From an uncultured Nitrospiraceae bacterium (GTDB lineage Bacteria; Nitrospirota; Nitrospiria; Nitrospirales; Nitrospiraceae), in the NCBI GenBank assembly GCA_963730935.1, contig CAVSTP010000003.1:128001-192000 (forward strand): a DNA stretch of 64,000 bases, in the 5' to 3' direction. Positions 1 to 8,709 of this stretch are shown piece after piece. The notes under the pieces are model-generated. The model saw only the letters and a list, made by a program, of their open reading frames with translations, was not told the origin of the DNA and did no database searches. Each line of letters begins with the position of its first letter. The first letter of the stretch is position 1. The position numbers were made by a program, and so were the translations under genes.

Positions 1-24
1 AATTTCCTGGCTGAGTTGCATCAT
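1..24 (-). CDS. 5' end of a gene running off the left edge (MMQLSQEI...)
   Basis: Minus-strand ATG at 24 with GGAGG SD (cctcc 31-35); only 8 codons visible. Confidence 0.5.
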
Positions 25-96
25 GGTCAACCTCCCTTTTCGAATCAACTATGTCAAACGTATCTGTCGGCTGTCGGTGACGGCTAATAACCAGCT

Positions 97-255
97 TCAG
101 AAGCAAATTCTACTCACGCCTACGAATAACATTGTTCGTGTGTGCCTTACCCATTCACAAAAAAAGAACCACGCATCGCCCAATGCCATCCAACACTCCA
201 GCCAGTTATCGATGGATTTCCTTCTTTTTGCGTTTCGAGACACACAAATCGGCAT
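97..255 (-). CDS. possible 52-aa small protein (MPICVSRNAKRRKSIDNWLECWMALGDAWFFFCEWVRH...)
   Basis: Hand-translated ORF below track cutoff, between two same-strand genes; no strong SD. Confidence 0.3.
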   Translation of the reverse strand: MPICVSRNAKRRKSIDNWLECWMALGDAWFFFCEWVRHTRTMLFVGVSRICF

Positions 256-360
256 CTCGTTAATCGATATCAGGCGCGCCGTTCACCACACCGGATATCG
301 GTCGATCCAGGGAAGTCGTCGTCCCATGATCCATCTCGATAACGGGTGTTTCAGAACAAT

Positions 361-795
361 CTACGGGGAGATTATGAAAGGGGGTGCACGAGAGGCTTGA
401 TGACCACCTAAGAGATCAAACTTGCGGTGTCGGGCCGGCGATTCAAAAGCCGATGTGGCGAGTGATGGCCTATTGGACTGGAAGGAGGCTAGGTAGAGCG
501 GACTTGGTTCGCCATACCCTCGTTTTTTGGCATCCTCTTCTGTTGAAAGAACGAATCCAAGCTCCGGGGAGTTTTGGGATCTGGTCGACAGGTGAAAGCC
601 ACTGCTCTGAGCGCGGGAAAACTCACCGGGGAGATCGGGAGAGAAAACCGTATGGGCTAAACCCTGATGGGACGCTCGTCCATCATTTACGTCTGGCAGA
701 TGAGTATGGAACAGAGGGACGGTCGCAACCCACGTGATCACCCACGCCAGAGTTAGAAGCTGCAAGCAGGTTTTCGTTCGAATTCTTAAGGGCAT
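361..795 (-). CDS. DUF2946-like exported/leader protein with C-terminal RAPP motif
   Basis: Hydrophobic N-terminus, HTH (HxH) motif, low-complexity linker, ends ...SRAPPFIISP (RAPP at 379-390). Confidence 0.65.
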   Translation of the reverse strand: MPLRIRTKTCLQLLTLAWVITWVATVPLFHTHLPDVNDGRASHQGLAHTVFSPDLPGEFSRAQSSGFHLSTRSQNSPELGFVLSTEEDAKKRGYGEPSPLYLASFQSNRPSLATSAFESPARHRKFDLLGGHQASRAPPFIISP

Positions 796-1326
796 GCGCA
801 CCCTCCGCACTCGAAATCTGAAGAGCCAGGCTCCATTTAATCCATTACTGGCTGGGCGGCTTCAACTTGAACCTCATTCATGGGAAAACATTCCCAAGAA
901 TGAGTCGAAGGGTAGCTCCTTACAAGTATTGGTGTCAATGAGATTGTATAGCGGCGGGCAACACCACCATTTCTTCATCCTCATCATAAACGCTGCTAGC
1001 AGGATAGGACAAACCAGTACACCTGCTTTCTAGATTCTTGCAGGGGTACGTGGTCCGAGGGTGGATCTTCTAAACTTCGTATCACGGCAGGCCGCTGGTT
1101 CAAACGGGTCGCCGGCTCGCTCCTTCCAATAGGTTCTTCTCCCTCACGGTTTGTGTACGTACTTCCCGCCCTAGGCAACGTCCTAGGCTACGAATCACAT
1201 GATCTCATATTAAGATTTAGCATCTCCCAAGATTTGCCTAGAGGCTCTCAATTAAGAATGGATGATGAGCATGGCAACCCGATCACCACAATGTCCCACC
1301 AAAACAGCTAGCTCGGAGGTGCTGAC

Positions 1327-1428
1327 ATGACTTACCGGACGCAACTCTGGATCATGACCGTGCTGTACGCCTTGACCACGGCAGTCATGTTCTATTGGGT
1401 GACGTTGTTCATGACGATGACATCCTAG
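1327..1428 (+). CDS. 33-aa single-TM small protein (MTYRTQLWIMTVLYALTTAVMFYWVTLFMTMTS)
   Basis: GGAGGT SD just upstream of ATG; one hydrophobic helix; not in ORF track. Confidence 0.5.
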   Translation: MTYRTQLWIMTVLYALTTAVMFYWVTLFMTMTS

Positions 1429-1833
1429 GACGTAGAGCCTGAGCTGATACTTTTATCGGTCACCGGTAGGCGGACATGCGTAATTCTTTGGCCCTACATT
1501 GGCGATTGGACTCCGCCAGCGCTGACGACAACCAATGTTCCACTGAACGAGCGCAGACATCACCGGCCGGGTGCATGTCTTCACGAGGACGGTGCTATGC
1601 ACTCTTGGCATCCTAGCGGTTATGGCCTATTGGTTGTTCTTGATGATAGCGATGCCGGAGACACAGCTTGGGCCTGCGATGTTCTTGGACCGATAACGAT
1701 TCCTCCTTGGTTCGGCACTTCTGTTCGTCATCGCAGACGCGACATGTCTAGTCTCTGTGTCCGAAGCGTTTTGAAATACAACTGTCGTTTGTTGAACCTT
1801 GTACCTGTCTTCTTCACGCAATCCCCCCTTCCA

Positions 1834-1880
1834 CTGATTCGTGCCGCAGGTCGCTGGTTCGATTCCAGTCGCCGGCTCCA
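1834..1880 (+). mobile_element. 3' half of a tRNA (probably Thr-CGT): att-like remnant marking an integrated-element boundary
   Basis: CTGATTCGT..GCAGGTCGCTGGTTCGATTCCAGTCGCCGGCTCCA: intact T-arm (GGTTCGATTCC), acceptor 3' strand and CCA; no 5' half or D-arm upstream. Confidence 0.75.
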
Positions 1881-2013
1881 TTCCATGCTTGCCCCCGACC
1901 AGGGGGTCGTGCTCTGTAGCCTGTTAACTCATCGGTAACAGGCTCATAACACAATCGTAATAGCATGCCCGTATGCTGATCTCTCCCTTCTTCCCACTTC
2001 CAGGGAGGTCCGC

Positions 2014-3606
2014 ATGCAAGCAACGGTTGCCGTCTCTCCACTTGCGTCCTATTCGTCCAGCCGCCCGACAATTCTCCTGATCGCCGCCGCCTTGGCTGCA
2101 GGGGTGCTTTATGCAGGACATGCGCTGTTTCTCGATCTCTCCTCTATCCGAGTGGGGGCAAGCTTCCCCTATGTCATGTTAGGGATCGCGTTGCTCATTG
2201 CCCTCGGCTTTGAATTCGTCAATGGCTTTCACGATACAGCCAACGCGGTTGCCACGGTGATCTACACCAATTCCCTTCAGCCACAGGCGGCCGTGCTATG
2301 GTCCGGAATGTGGAATTTTCTCGGCGTCCTGTTTTCAAGCGGCGCGGTGGCGTTTGGCATCATTGCGCTATTGCCCGTGGAACTGATTCTCCAAGTGGGC
2401 AGTGGGGCGGGCTTTGCTATGGTGTTTTCGCTGCTGCTGGCGGCTATCCTGTGGAACCTAGGGACGTGGTATCTCGGCTTGCCGGCATCCAGTTCCCATA
2501 CGCTGATCGGGTCGATCATCGGGGTAGGATTGGCCAATCAACTCATGCAGCCATCCAGTGCGACAAGCGGGGTCGAGTGGAGTCAGGTGACAAAGGTCGG
2601 GTACTCGTTGCTGTTATCGCCGTTGATCGGCTTCACGTGTGCGGCGATACTCTTACTCCTCATGAAAGTGTTGACGAAGAATCCGGCGTTGTTCCGGGCG
2701 CCGGTAGGCAACACCCCTCCGCCGGCCTGGATTCGTGGACTTCTCATCTTGACCTGCACTGGCGTCAGCTTCGCGCACGGCTCCAACGACGGGCAAAAAG
2801 GCATGGGCTTGATCATGCTCATCCTCATCGGGACGGTGCCCATGGCCTACGCCCTCGACCGTGCCGTGCCGGCCAAGGGAGTGGAACAGTTTGTCACTGC
2901 CACCCAGCAGGCCTCTCAAGTCCTGGCTACTCATGAGTCCGGCATCCGCCCGATCGCCTCGGTGGATGCTCATGAGGAGGTGACTCGGTATATTCAAACA
3001 GGAAAGAGTGACTCCAACACCATTACCTCTCTTCGGGGTTTGATGGGCTCGATTGCCACCCAAGTGTCACACTATGCAACTTATGGTGACGTGCCGGATG
3101 AGATGAGAGGCAACATCCGCAACGATATGTATTTAACGAACGAAGCCTTACGGCGCGTCGACAAACAGAAGAGCTTCGGCTTGACGACCGAGGAGACGCA
3201 AGTTTTGAAGCGGTATCGCCAGGAACTGGACCGCGCGACCAAATTCATTCCCACCTGGGTCAAGGTGATCGTGGCCATCGCGCTGGGTTTGGGCACGATG
3301 GTGGCCTGGAAACGGATTGTCGTGACGGTGGGCGAACGGATTGGCAAAAGCCATCTCACGTATGGGCAGGGCGGGGCGGCCGAGCTGGTTGCCATGACAA
3401 CAATTGGAGCGGCCGATGCGTTTGGGTTGCCGGTCAGCACGACACAGGTGCTGTCTTCCGGCGTCGCCGGTACGATGGCAGCGAATCGGTCGGGACTTCA
3501 AGCGACGACGATCCGGAATATCTTCGCGGCATGGATTCTGACGCTACCCATGTCGATCGTGCTTGCCGGCGGACTGTTTATCATTTTGAGAACTCTCGCA
3601 TCCTGA
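2014..3606 (+). CDS. pitA: PiT-family inorganic phosphate transporter
   Basis: GFHDTANAVAT and HGSNDGQKGMG signatures, PVSTT motif, multi-TM. Confidence 0.92.
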   Translation: MQATVAVSPLASYSSSRPTILLIAAALAAGVLYAGHALFLDLSSIRVGASFPYVMLGIALLIALGFEFVNGFHDTANAVATVIYTNSLQPQAAVLWSGMWNFLGVLFSSGAVAFGIIALLPVELILQVGSGAGFAMVFSLLLAAILWNLGTWYLGLPASSSHTLIGSIIGVGLANQLMQPSSATSGVEWSQVTKVGYSLLLSPLIGFTCAAILLLLMKVLTKNPALFRAPVGNTPPPAWIRGLLILTCTGVSFAHGSNDGQKGMGLIMLILIGTVPMAYALDRAVPAKGVEQFVTATQQASQVLATHESGIRPIASVDAHEEVTRYIQTGKSDSNTITSLRGLMGSIATQVSHYATYGDVPDEMRGNIRNDMYLTNEALRRVDKQKSFGLTTEETQVLKRYRQELDRATKFIPTWVKVIVAIALGLGTMVAWKRIVVTVGERIGKSHLTYGQGGAAELVAMTTIGAADAFGLPVSTTQVLSSGVAGTMAANRSGLQATTIRNIFAAWILTLPMSIVLAGGLFIILRTLAS

Positions 3607-3742
3607 GGCCTTTGCTGCCCGTGATTCTCCTCGCGCTGCCAAAATCACTTTCTGGCATTCTCGGGCACTGACCTGCGGGTTGTTGCTGCCTTTCTAAAAC
3701 GCATGGCAGGGCAAGAGGTTAAGAATTCCGCCTACTGCGAAG

Positions 3743-4297
3743 TTATTTACCGCCCGGTAAGATACGGTTCGCCAACCAGAAGACGTATGTGCCGTACCAA
3801 ATCGTCGGGGACCAGGACACAACGGCAAACGTCCATGTCACATTCTCCAACCCGCGAGCAAGCCAAGCCAGGATCACGAAGAGCACCATCAGTACCGAGT
3901 GTGGAAGAATTGCCCACAGGAATCGGCGGTTGGGCGTGAAGTGATAGGCGACAATCAAGGCGCCGACCACCGCGAGCAAGGCATAGCAAGTAAACAACTT
4001 TCGATCCGACGCCTGCCAATAGGCTGCACCGAATACCACAGCAATGGCTGCATCCAACATCGTATCCCGCCAATTGCCCTGGGGGAGTTGGTCGGAGCCG
4101 AGATCGCTCTGCAAGTAGAAGAAGTCGATGCAATAGAGGAGCGTGACGGAGATTTCAACGGCCTGGAGCGGTCCCCATCCCTCTGTGACATGGAGTACAT
4201 CATAAAGCATCGATCCGAGCACAGCCGGATATAACTGCGTGTAGGTGAATCGATGCCAGGCTGAGAGCTCTTTGAGTCGCACTAGCGAGTGGAACAC
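3743..4297 (-). CDS. uncharacterised integral membrane protein (~6 TM), downstream of the TIR gene
   Basis: 184-aa ORF with about six hydrophobic segments, 60 bp from upstream same-strand gene; GTG start uncertain. Confidence 0.7.
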   Translation of the reverse strand: MFHSLVRLKELSAWHRFTYTQLYPAVLGSMLYDVLHVTEGWGPLQAVEISVTLLYCIDFFYLQSDLGSDQLPQGNWRDTMLDAAIAVVFGAAYWQASDRKLFTCYALLAVVGALIVAYHFTPNRRFLWAILPHSVLMVLFVILAWLARGLENVTWTFAVVSWSPTIWYGTYVFWLANRILPGGK

Positions 4298-4357
4298 AGC
4301 AGCGGGGCAACTGCTGGCTCCACCACAATGTTGGGGCGTGCATTCATGCGTCGAGAA

Positions 4358-5281
4358 CTACCTGTACCACTTTCCAGTTGCCTTGGAGTAAATGTTACCA
4401 CCGACATCACTTGAGAGGTGTCCACGGAGGACGCCAGGCTCGTCAGGGGGACAGTGAATGAATAGATCGATCTCCCGCGCGCCTCGCAAATCGGGCTCGA
4501 ATCCGTCCCGCTGGGGAGGGTCACCTTCCAATCTGATGCGCTGCCGACTTTGCAACCCGTTGCGGATTTTCATGCTTCCATCGCCCAACACTTTGACATC
4601 GATCACTCGGTCACTGATCTCAAACTCAGCGTAGCAACCACCAATCTGGACTTGGAAATTGCCGAAAAAGCAGCCGGTGCCACCATCTCCATCGGATGAG
4701 ATTTGCAGAATCGTCTTTCCACTAAGAGCGGCGTAATCTGGGTCTTTGAATTGGATGCGGCGCCACACTTGGTACACGATCTCAGTGTGCCATACCCCTG
4801 AGTATCCATGCAGCTGACAGGTCGGCGCAAATCCAACCTGGACAGTGGGGAGCTCAGTCGCCCATGATTTGAGCTTCACGCTCGCTTGATGATCGAGGGG
4901 CCTGGTTGGTTCAAACGTACCCATGGGAACATAGGTGAGTCCTGCGAAGTCTGAGGGTAGCTCAACACCGGAGTACAGGCAGAGTGCAACCCTCCTCCGA
5001 GTCAGCATCGCGGTGAGATACCCGTACTCAAACAACACGTTCGCTCGGGGCGTCCTGACACGCCTCTCGCGAATGACGGAATCATCGTCAGGTGTCGCAA
5101 GGAAAACTGCACCGGCGACTCGACTCGCAATGTTTTCGATGCCCATGAAGGTGATGTCGCCGAGCTTGAAGACCTCTGTCCACAGCAGGGGCTTTACGTC
5201 CTTGGCTTCCGAGAGGACAGCAACCACCTGCATGGCTTGATCGAGTCCTTCTTTGCTGCTTCCAACAAAGATCTCCTTCAA
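4358..5281 (-). CDS. CAP12/Pycsar-type TIR-domain protein fused to a C-terminal beta-rich domain
   Basis: IFVGSSKE...W...ATPDD...RANVLFEYG...LPSDFAG TIR-like motifs; TTG start with AAGGAG SD. Confidence 0.85.
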   Translation of the reverse strand: MKEIFVGSSKEGLDQAMQVVAVLSEAKDVKPLLWTEVFKLGDITFMGIENIASRVAGAVFLATPDDDSVIRERRVRTPRANVLFEYGYLTAMLTRRRVALCLYSGVELPSDFAGLTYVPMGTFEPTRPLDHQASVKLKSWATELPTVQVGFAPTCQLHGYSGVWHTEIVYQVWRRIQFKDPDYAALSGKTILQISSDGDGGTGCFFGNFQVQIGGCYAEFEISDRVIDVKVLGDGSMKIRNGLQSRQRIRLEGDPPQRDGFEPDLRGAREIDLFIHCPPDEPGVLRGHLSSDVGGNIYSKATGKWYR

Positions 5282-5590
5282 CGTGCGCTCCTTTTAGAAA
5301 ATGGCGTCGTCCCCCTAGCCACGTCGTCTGTTGCGGCTCCCTAGCAGTCAGCCATCAACACTTTTAGTGGTCGCCATCGTGCCCTGTCGGCGTGAGTGTG
5401 TCAACGAGGGCTGGATTCTAGAGTGTTTGGCTTTTCATGGCGCGCGTCCTCCCATTCCATACAGATCCAGGGTGGCCTTAACAATAAGAACTTACTCACA
5501 CAGTGATCCCGCAACAAGGGAATGTGCTAGGGGTGCCCACAGTGCTGAGCCCTTAAAATAGAGAGATGCACCAACCTGGGGGAGGCTCTC

Positions 5591-5758
5591 ATGGAACGTC
5601 AACCTTCTTCCGTGCGTGATCCTGTCTGCGGGATGGAAATCAACCCGCAAAATGCAGTCGCAACAACCGGCTATCAGGGGCAAACCTTTTACTTCTGTAC
5701 AGCCGAGTGCCAAGAGCAGTTTGAACAGAGTCCAGAACGCTACGTGAAAGCAGCCTAG
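5591..5758 (+). CDS. YHS-domain small protein (55 aa)
   Basis: Hand-translated: RDPVCGMEI...YQGQTFYFCTAECQEQFEQSPERY; GGAGG SD; missed by ORF track. Confidence 0.88.
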   Translation: MERQPSSVRDPVCGMEINPQNAVATTGYQGQTFYFCTAECQEQFEQSPERYVKAA

Positions 5759-5820
5759 GAGTACGGACGTCCGGGATTGAACCTTTTTCGGTTGAAATCT
5801 TTATCAGTAGGGAGGGTGCT

Positions 5821-5982
5821 ATGCTGTGTGAACAATGCCACACCCTAATGATTGAACGGCCCGTCACCCGAGAGGTGGAAGACGTTCCCCATGAACAGGC
5901 TATCGTCCTGGAGTGCCCGCAGTGCGGCCATACCGAATATCAGCCGGTGATTGCCTCGTTTTGGAGAAGATTGGCGGCGTAG
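5821..5982 (+). CDS. 53-aa zinc-ribbon protein
   Basis: MLCEQCHTLM...LECPQCGHTEY; two CxxC; GGAGG SD; missed by ORF track. Confidence 0.75.
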   Translation: MLCEQCHTLMIERPVTREVEDVPHEQAIVLECPQCGHTEYQPVIASFWRRLAA

Positions 5983-6277
5983 TTCATATCATTCCAATAT
6001 GTGGCATAGGGCGGCTCCCTAGCCTATCCGCCGGATTCCCCTTCCTCGATAACGCTCGCCGTCAGCCGGTTTCCTATCCGGTTCCAGGACACGACGGCTC
6101 CCGGCTCAGTCAGCGGTCCCATTTCGGTCGGTATTACGGATTAGCAGCCTGGCGAGCCAGCCGCCTTTTCAAGGCGGCCGGAGAACATCGGCATGAAGCT
6201 CTAGATGTGACGGAGCAGGAAATACCCCTTAATAGCACTGGAGATTGAGTTCACGAGAGGAGACGAGTTCGAGTCGT

Positions 6278-6306
6278 TTGACGCTGGGCAAGGTGCGTGA
6301 TACCCT
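6278..6306 (+). promoter_or_regulatory. putative sigma70 promoter
   Basis: TTGACG-17 nt-TACCCT, ~185 nt upstream of ATG 6493. Confidence 0.45.
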
Positions 6307-6492
6307 ACGAGGACCGTACGAGCTTCTTGTCCCTCGCGCTTTCCCACTCTCCCGTTGTTTTGCGCGATCCCTTCACTTCGCTCTTACGCTTCCCGTCCCG
6401 AGGTAACGTCCATCGGTCGGAGAGAAAGCTATCAGTGTCGGTTCTGAGGCAAGGGTGTGCTCGGTGGATTGCCACGCAAGAGGAGTGCCTAG

Positions 6493-6747
6493 ATGAAAAC
6501 CACCAACAAGAAATATAAGCGGACCTATAAACCGAAAATCCCATGGGACCTGCTTGGTTTGTCCGATCCCAGCCTTGCCGAAACGACCACCTCGATCGAA
6601 ACGATCAGGAAAGAGGTGTCCTTGCTTGCGAATCGAGGCTTTGGGGAGGAAACCACCTTGCGAACCACAGCGCAGAATGCGAAGGGACGTGGTCAGGGCC
6701 GTCAACCCGGTGGAAGCCGAACTCGTCGTCGTGGCGCGACCGAATAG
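6493..6747 (+). CDS. small Lys/Arg-rich hypothetical protein
   Basis: GAGGAG SD; 84 aa, basic N- and C-termini. Confidence 0.55.
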   Translation: MKTTNKKYKRTYKPKIPWDLLGLSDPSLAETTTSIETIRKEVSLLANRGFGEETTLRTTAQNAKGRGQGRQPGGSRTRRRGATE

Positions 6748-6809
6748 AGCACACCATACCTGTCTCAAAGCGAGTAGAGGCTTCCAATGCAATGGGAAAG
6801 GGGAATCCC

Positions 6810-7097
6810 ATGAGTCGCTTGAACATGGACCCGCTGCTCACCTTTCAAGACGGATCGCATCTGGTGATCAGCACGCAATGTTCCAAAGAGGGGAATTTTT
6901 CCTGCGCCCTATACACAGTTCTCCTCTCAGCCGATGATGGCGCCGCCTTTCGGATTGTTTCCACGCATCTGGAAGCGGAGACATGCCTGAGGGCCCAAGC
7001 CTATGCCTACGAGCATGCCGCTCAACTGTATCCGCGCACGTCTCATATGATGAAGAAGCCCCCATATCTCATATGGCATGGACCGAGGAATGCATGA
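6810..7097 (+). CDS. hypothetical protein (95 aa)
   Basis: 3' part of track ORF 6543..7097; ATG 6810 after purine-rich SD; globular-looking composition. Confidence 0.6.
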   Translation: MSRLNMDPLLTFQDGSHLVISTQCSKEGNFSCALYTVLLSADDGAAFRIVSTHLEAETCLRAQAYAYEHAAQLYPRTSHMMKKPPYLIWHGPRNA

Positions 7098-7129
7098 CGA
7101 ACTGCGCGCATGGCATGACCTAAGCCAGA

Positions 7130-7158
7130 TTGCTAATTGTTTCAGGACTTGCTACAGT
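7130..7158 (+). promoter_or_regulatory. putative sigma70 promoter of the RRM gene
   Basis: TTGCTA-17 nt-TACAGT. Confidence 0.5.
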
Positions 7159-7345
7159 GAGCTACTTTCATGGCGGCGGGCCTCGCATGGAAGATGAACG
7201 AAACGGCCCATCACCGATGTTGTTGTCACCGAGAGTGTGATCGGAAGCCTGACCCAAGCCGCCTCCCTCGATTGCGTCTTCGGCCCTCTCCTTCCCTAAC
7301 CGTTCTCGTGTTTCAGACAATGTCATTTTAGAAGGAGGAACCCCC

Positions 7346-7669
7346 ATGGGTTCAAAACTATACGTTGGCGGCTTGCCTTATGCGGCCACCGAAACTCAGC
7401 TCACCACCTTGTTTGCCGCACACGGTACCGTTGCATCGGCGCGTGTCATCGCAGATAAGTTTACCGGACAGTCACGCGGCTTCGGCTTCGTCGAGATGTC
7501 CACGCAGGAAGAGGCGCAGGCAGCCATTGCCGCTTTGAATGGCACGCAAATGGACGGCCGGTCCTTGACCGTCAACGAAGCGAAGCCGCAGGAACCTCGT
7601 TCCGGCGGAGGCGGTCGCTTCAGCGGAGGTGGACGAGGAAGCGATTTCGGCGGTCGGAATCGATACTAA
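7346..7669 (+). CDS. RRM RNA-binding protein with Gly-rich tail
   Basis: RNP2 LYVGGL, RNP1 RGFGFVEM, RGG-type tail; AAGGAGG SD. Confidence 0.95.
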   Translation: MGSKLYVGGLPYAATETQLTTLFAAHGTVASARVIADKFTGQSRGFGFVEMSTQEEAQAAIAALNGTQMDGRSLTVNEAKPQEPRSGGGGRFSGGGRGSDFGGRNRY

Positions 7670-7735
7670 GGTCAACGACGTGACACGCGGGGCGCCTCGG
7701 CAGGCGCACCGAATCCATCACATTCGCGACTATTG

Positions 7736-7769
7736 AAAGGCTCGCCCCGCCGGGGCGAGCCTTTTTTTT
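7736..7769 (+). terminator. Rho-independent terminator
   Basis: AAAGGCTCGCCCC-gcc-GGGGCGAGCC-T8. Confidence 0.9.
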
Positions 7770-7943
7770 GCTGCGTGACGGACTCTCGCCGGCCATTGCG
7801 GCCAATCAGCGAGCGTTCAAACAGACACCAGTCAAACACAGTCCTCACCATCCGAATTTGGTACCATGCTGGGATAAATCGATCACGAGCGCACCCTTGA
7901 CAGGAGCACGGGAAGCGATGAAATTTGAACAGGGGAGATACAC

Positions 7944-8654
7944 ATGCGGATTGGAGTGATCGGCGCTGGAAGCATGGGAGGGATACTTGCGCGCCACCTC
8001 GCCAAGCTCGGACATCAAGTCTCGATTGCGAACTCGAGGGGACCGGAGAGTCTGACCGCGTTGGCGGCGGAGATCGACGCGACGCCCGTTTCCGTTGTCG
8101 ATGCCGCCAAAGCCGGAGAGCTCGTCATCATCGCGATCCCAACGAAGGCCGTCGCCGATCTTCCGCAGCCGCTGTTTGCGAACGTATCGAGCAGCGTCAT
8201 CGTCATCGATATCGGCAACTACCATCCCGAGCTTCGCGATGGCCGCATCGATGCGATCGACCGCGGCATGCTCGATAGTCAGTGGGTCGCGCGGCAGATC
8301 GGTCGTCCGGTGATCAAGGCCTTCAACAGCATCTTTGCCAAAAGCCTTCTCGAAAATGGGGTTCCGAGGGGAACGAAGGGTCGGATCGCTCTCTCGGTCG
8401 CCGGCGATTCGTTGGACGCCAAGGCAGCTGTGCTTCGCCTCGTCGACGATCTTGGCTTCGACCCTGTCGATGGTGGTGATCTGGACAACTCATGGCGGCA
8501 GCAGCCCGGAACGCCGGCATACTGCCAGGACCTTGAAGCCGCTGCTCTCCGGCGTGCGCTCACGGAAGCTGATCGAAGCCGGATTGCGGAATACCGCGCC
8601 GAACAGGAGGCGCGCATCAGGAGGTCTATGGCGACGGAGACAACGGAAGGATAA
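7944..8654 (+). CDS. NADPH-dependent F420 reductase / NADP oxidoreductase family
   Basis: IGVIGAGSMG Rossmann motif, ANSRGPESL, KAFN, WRQQPGTP. Confidence 0.88.
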   Translation: MRIGVIGAGSMGGILARHLAKLGHQVSIANSRGPESLTALAAEIDATPVSVVDAAKAGELVIIAIPTKAVADLPQPLFANVSSSVIVIDIGNYHPELRDGRIDAIDRGMLDSQWVARQIGRPVIKAFNSIFAKSLLENGVPRGTKGRIALSVAGDSLDAKAAVLRLVDDLGFDPVDGGDLDNSWRQQPGTPAYCQDLEAAALRRALTEADRSRIAEYRAEQEARIRRSMATETTEG

Positions 8655-8709
8655 GCGTATCCGTGGAGAGCACTTGCACAGGAGTCGCAGCTTAAAGGAG
8701 GAATTGCAC

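Noticed and set aside
1805..1880. Intact tRNA gene
   Set aside because: No 5' acceptor strand or D-arm; anticodon stem broken
1627..1881. ORF beginning MEPATGIEPATC
   Set aside because: Typical antisense translation of a tRNA T-arm; explained by the tRNA remnant
3743..5281. Calling this CBASS, Pycsar or Thoeris
   Set aside because: No CD-NTase, Pycsar cyclase or ThsA-type (SIR2/Macro) gene recognised nearby
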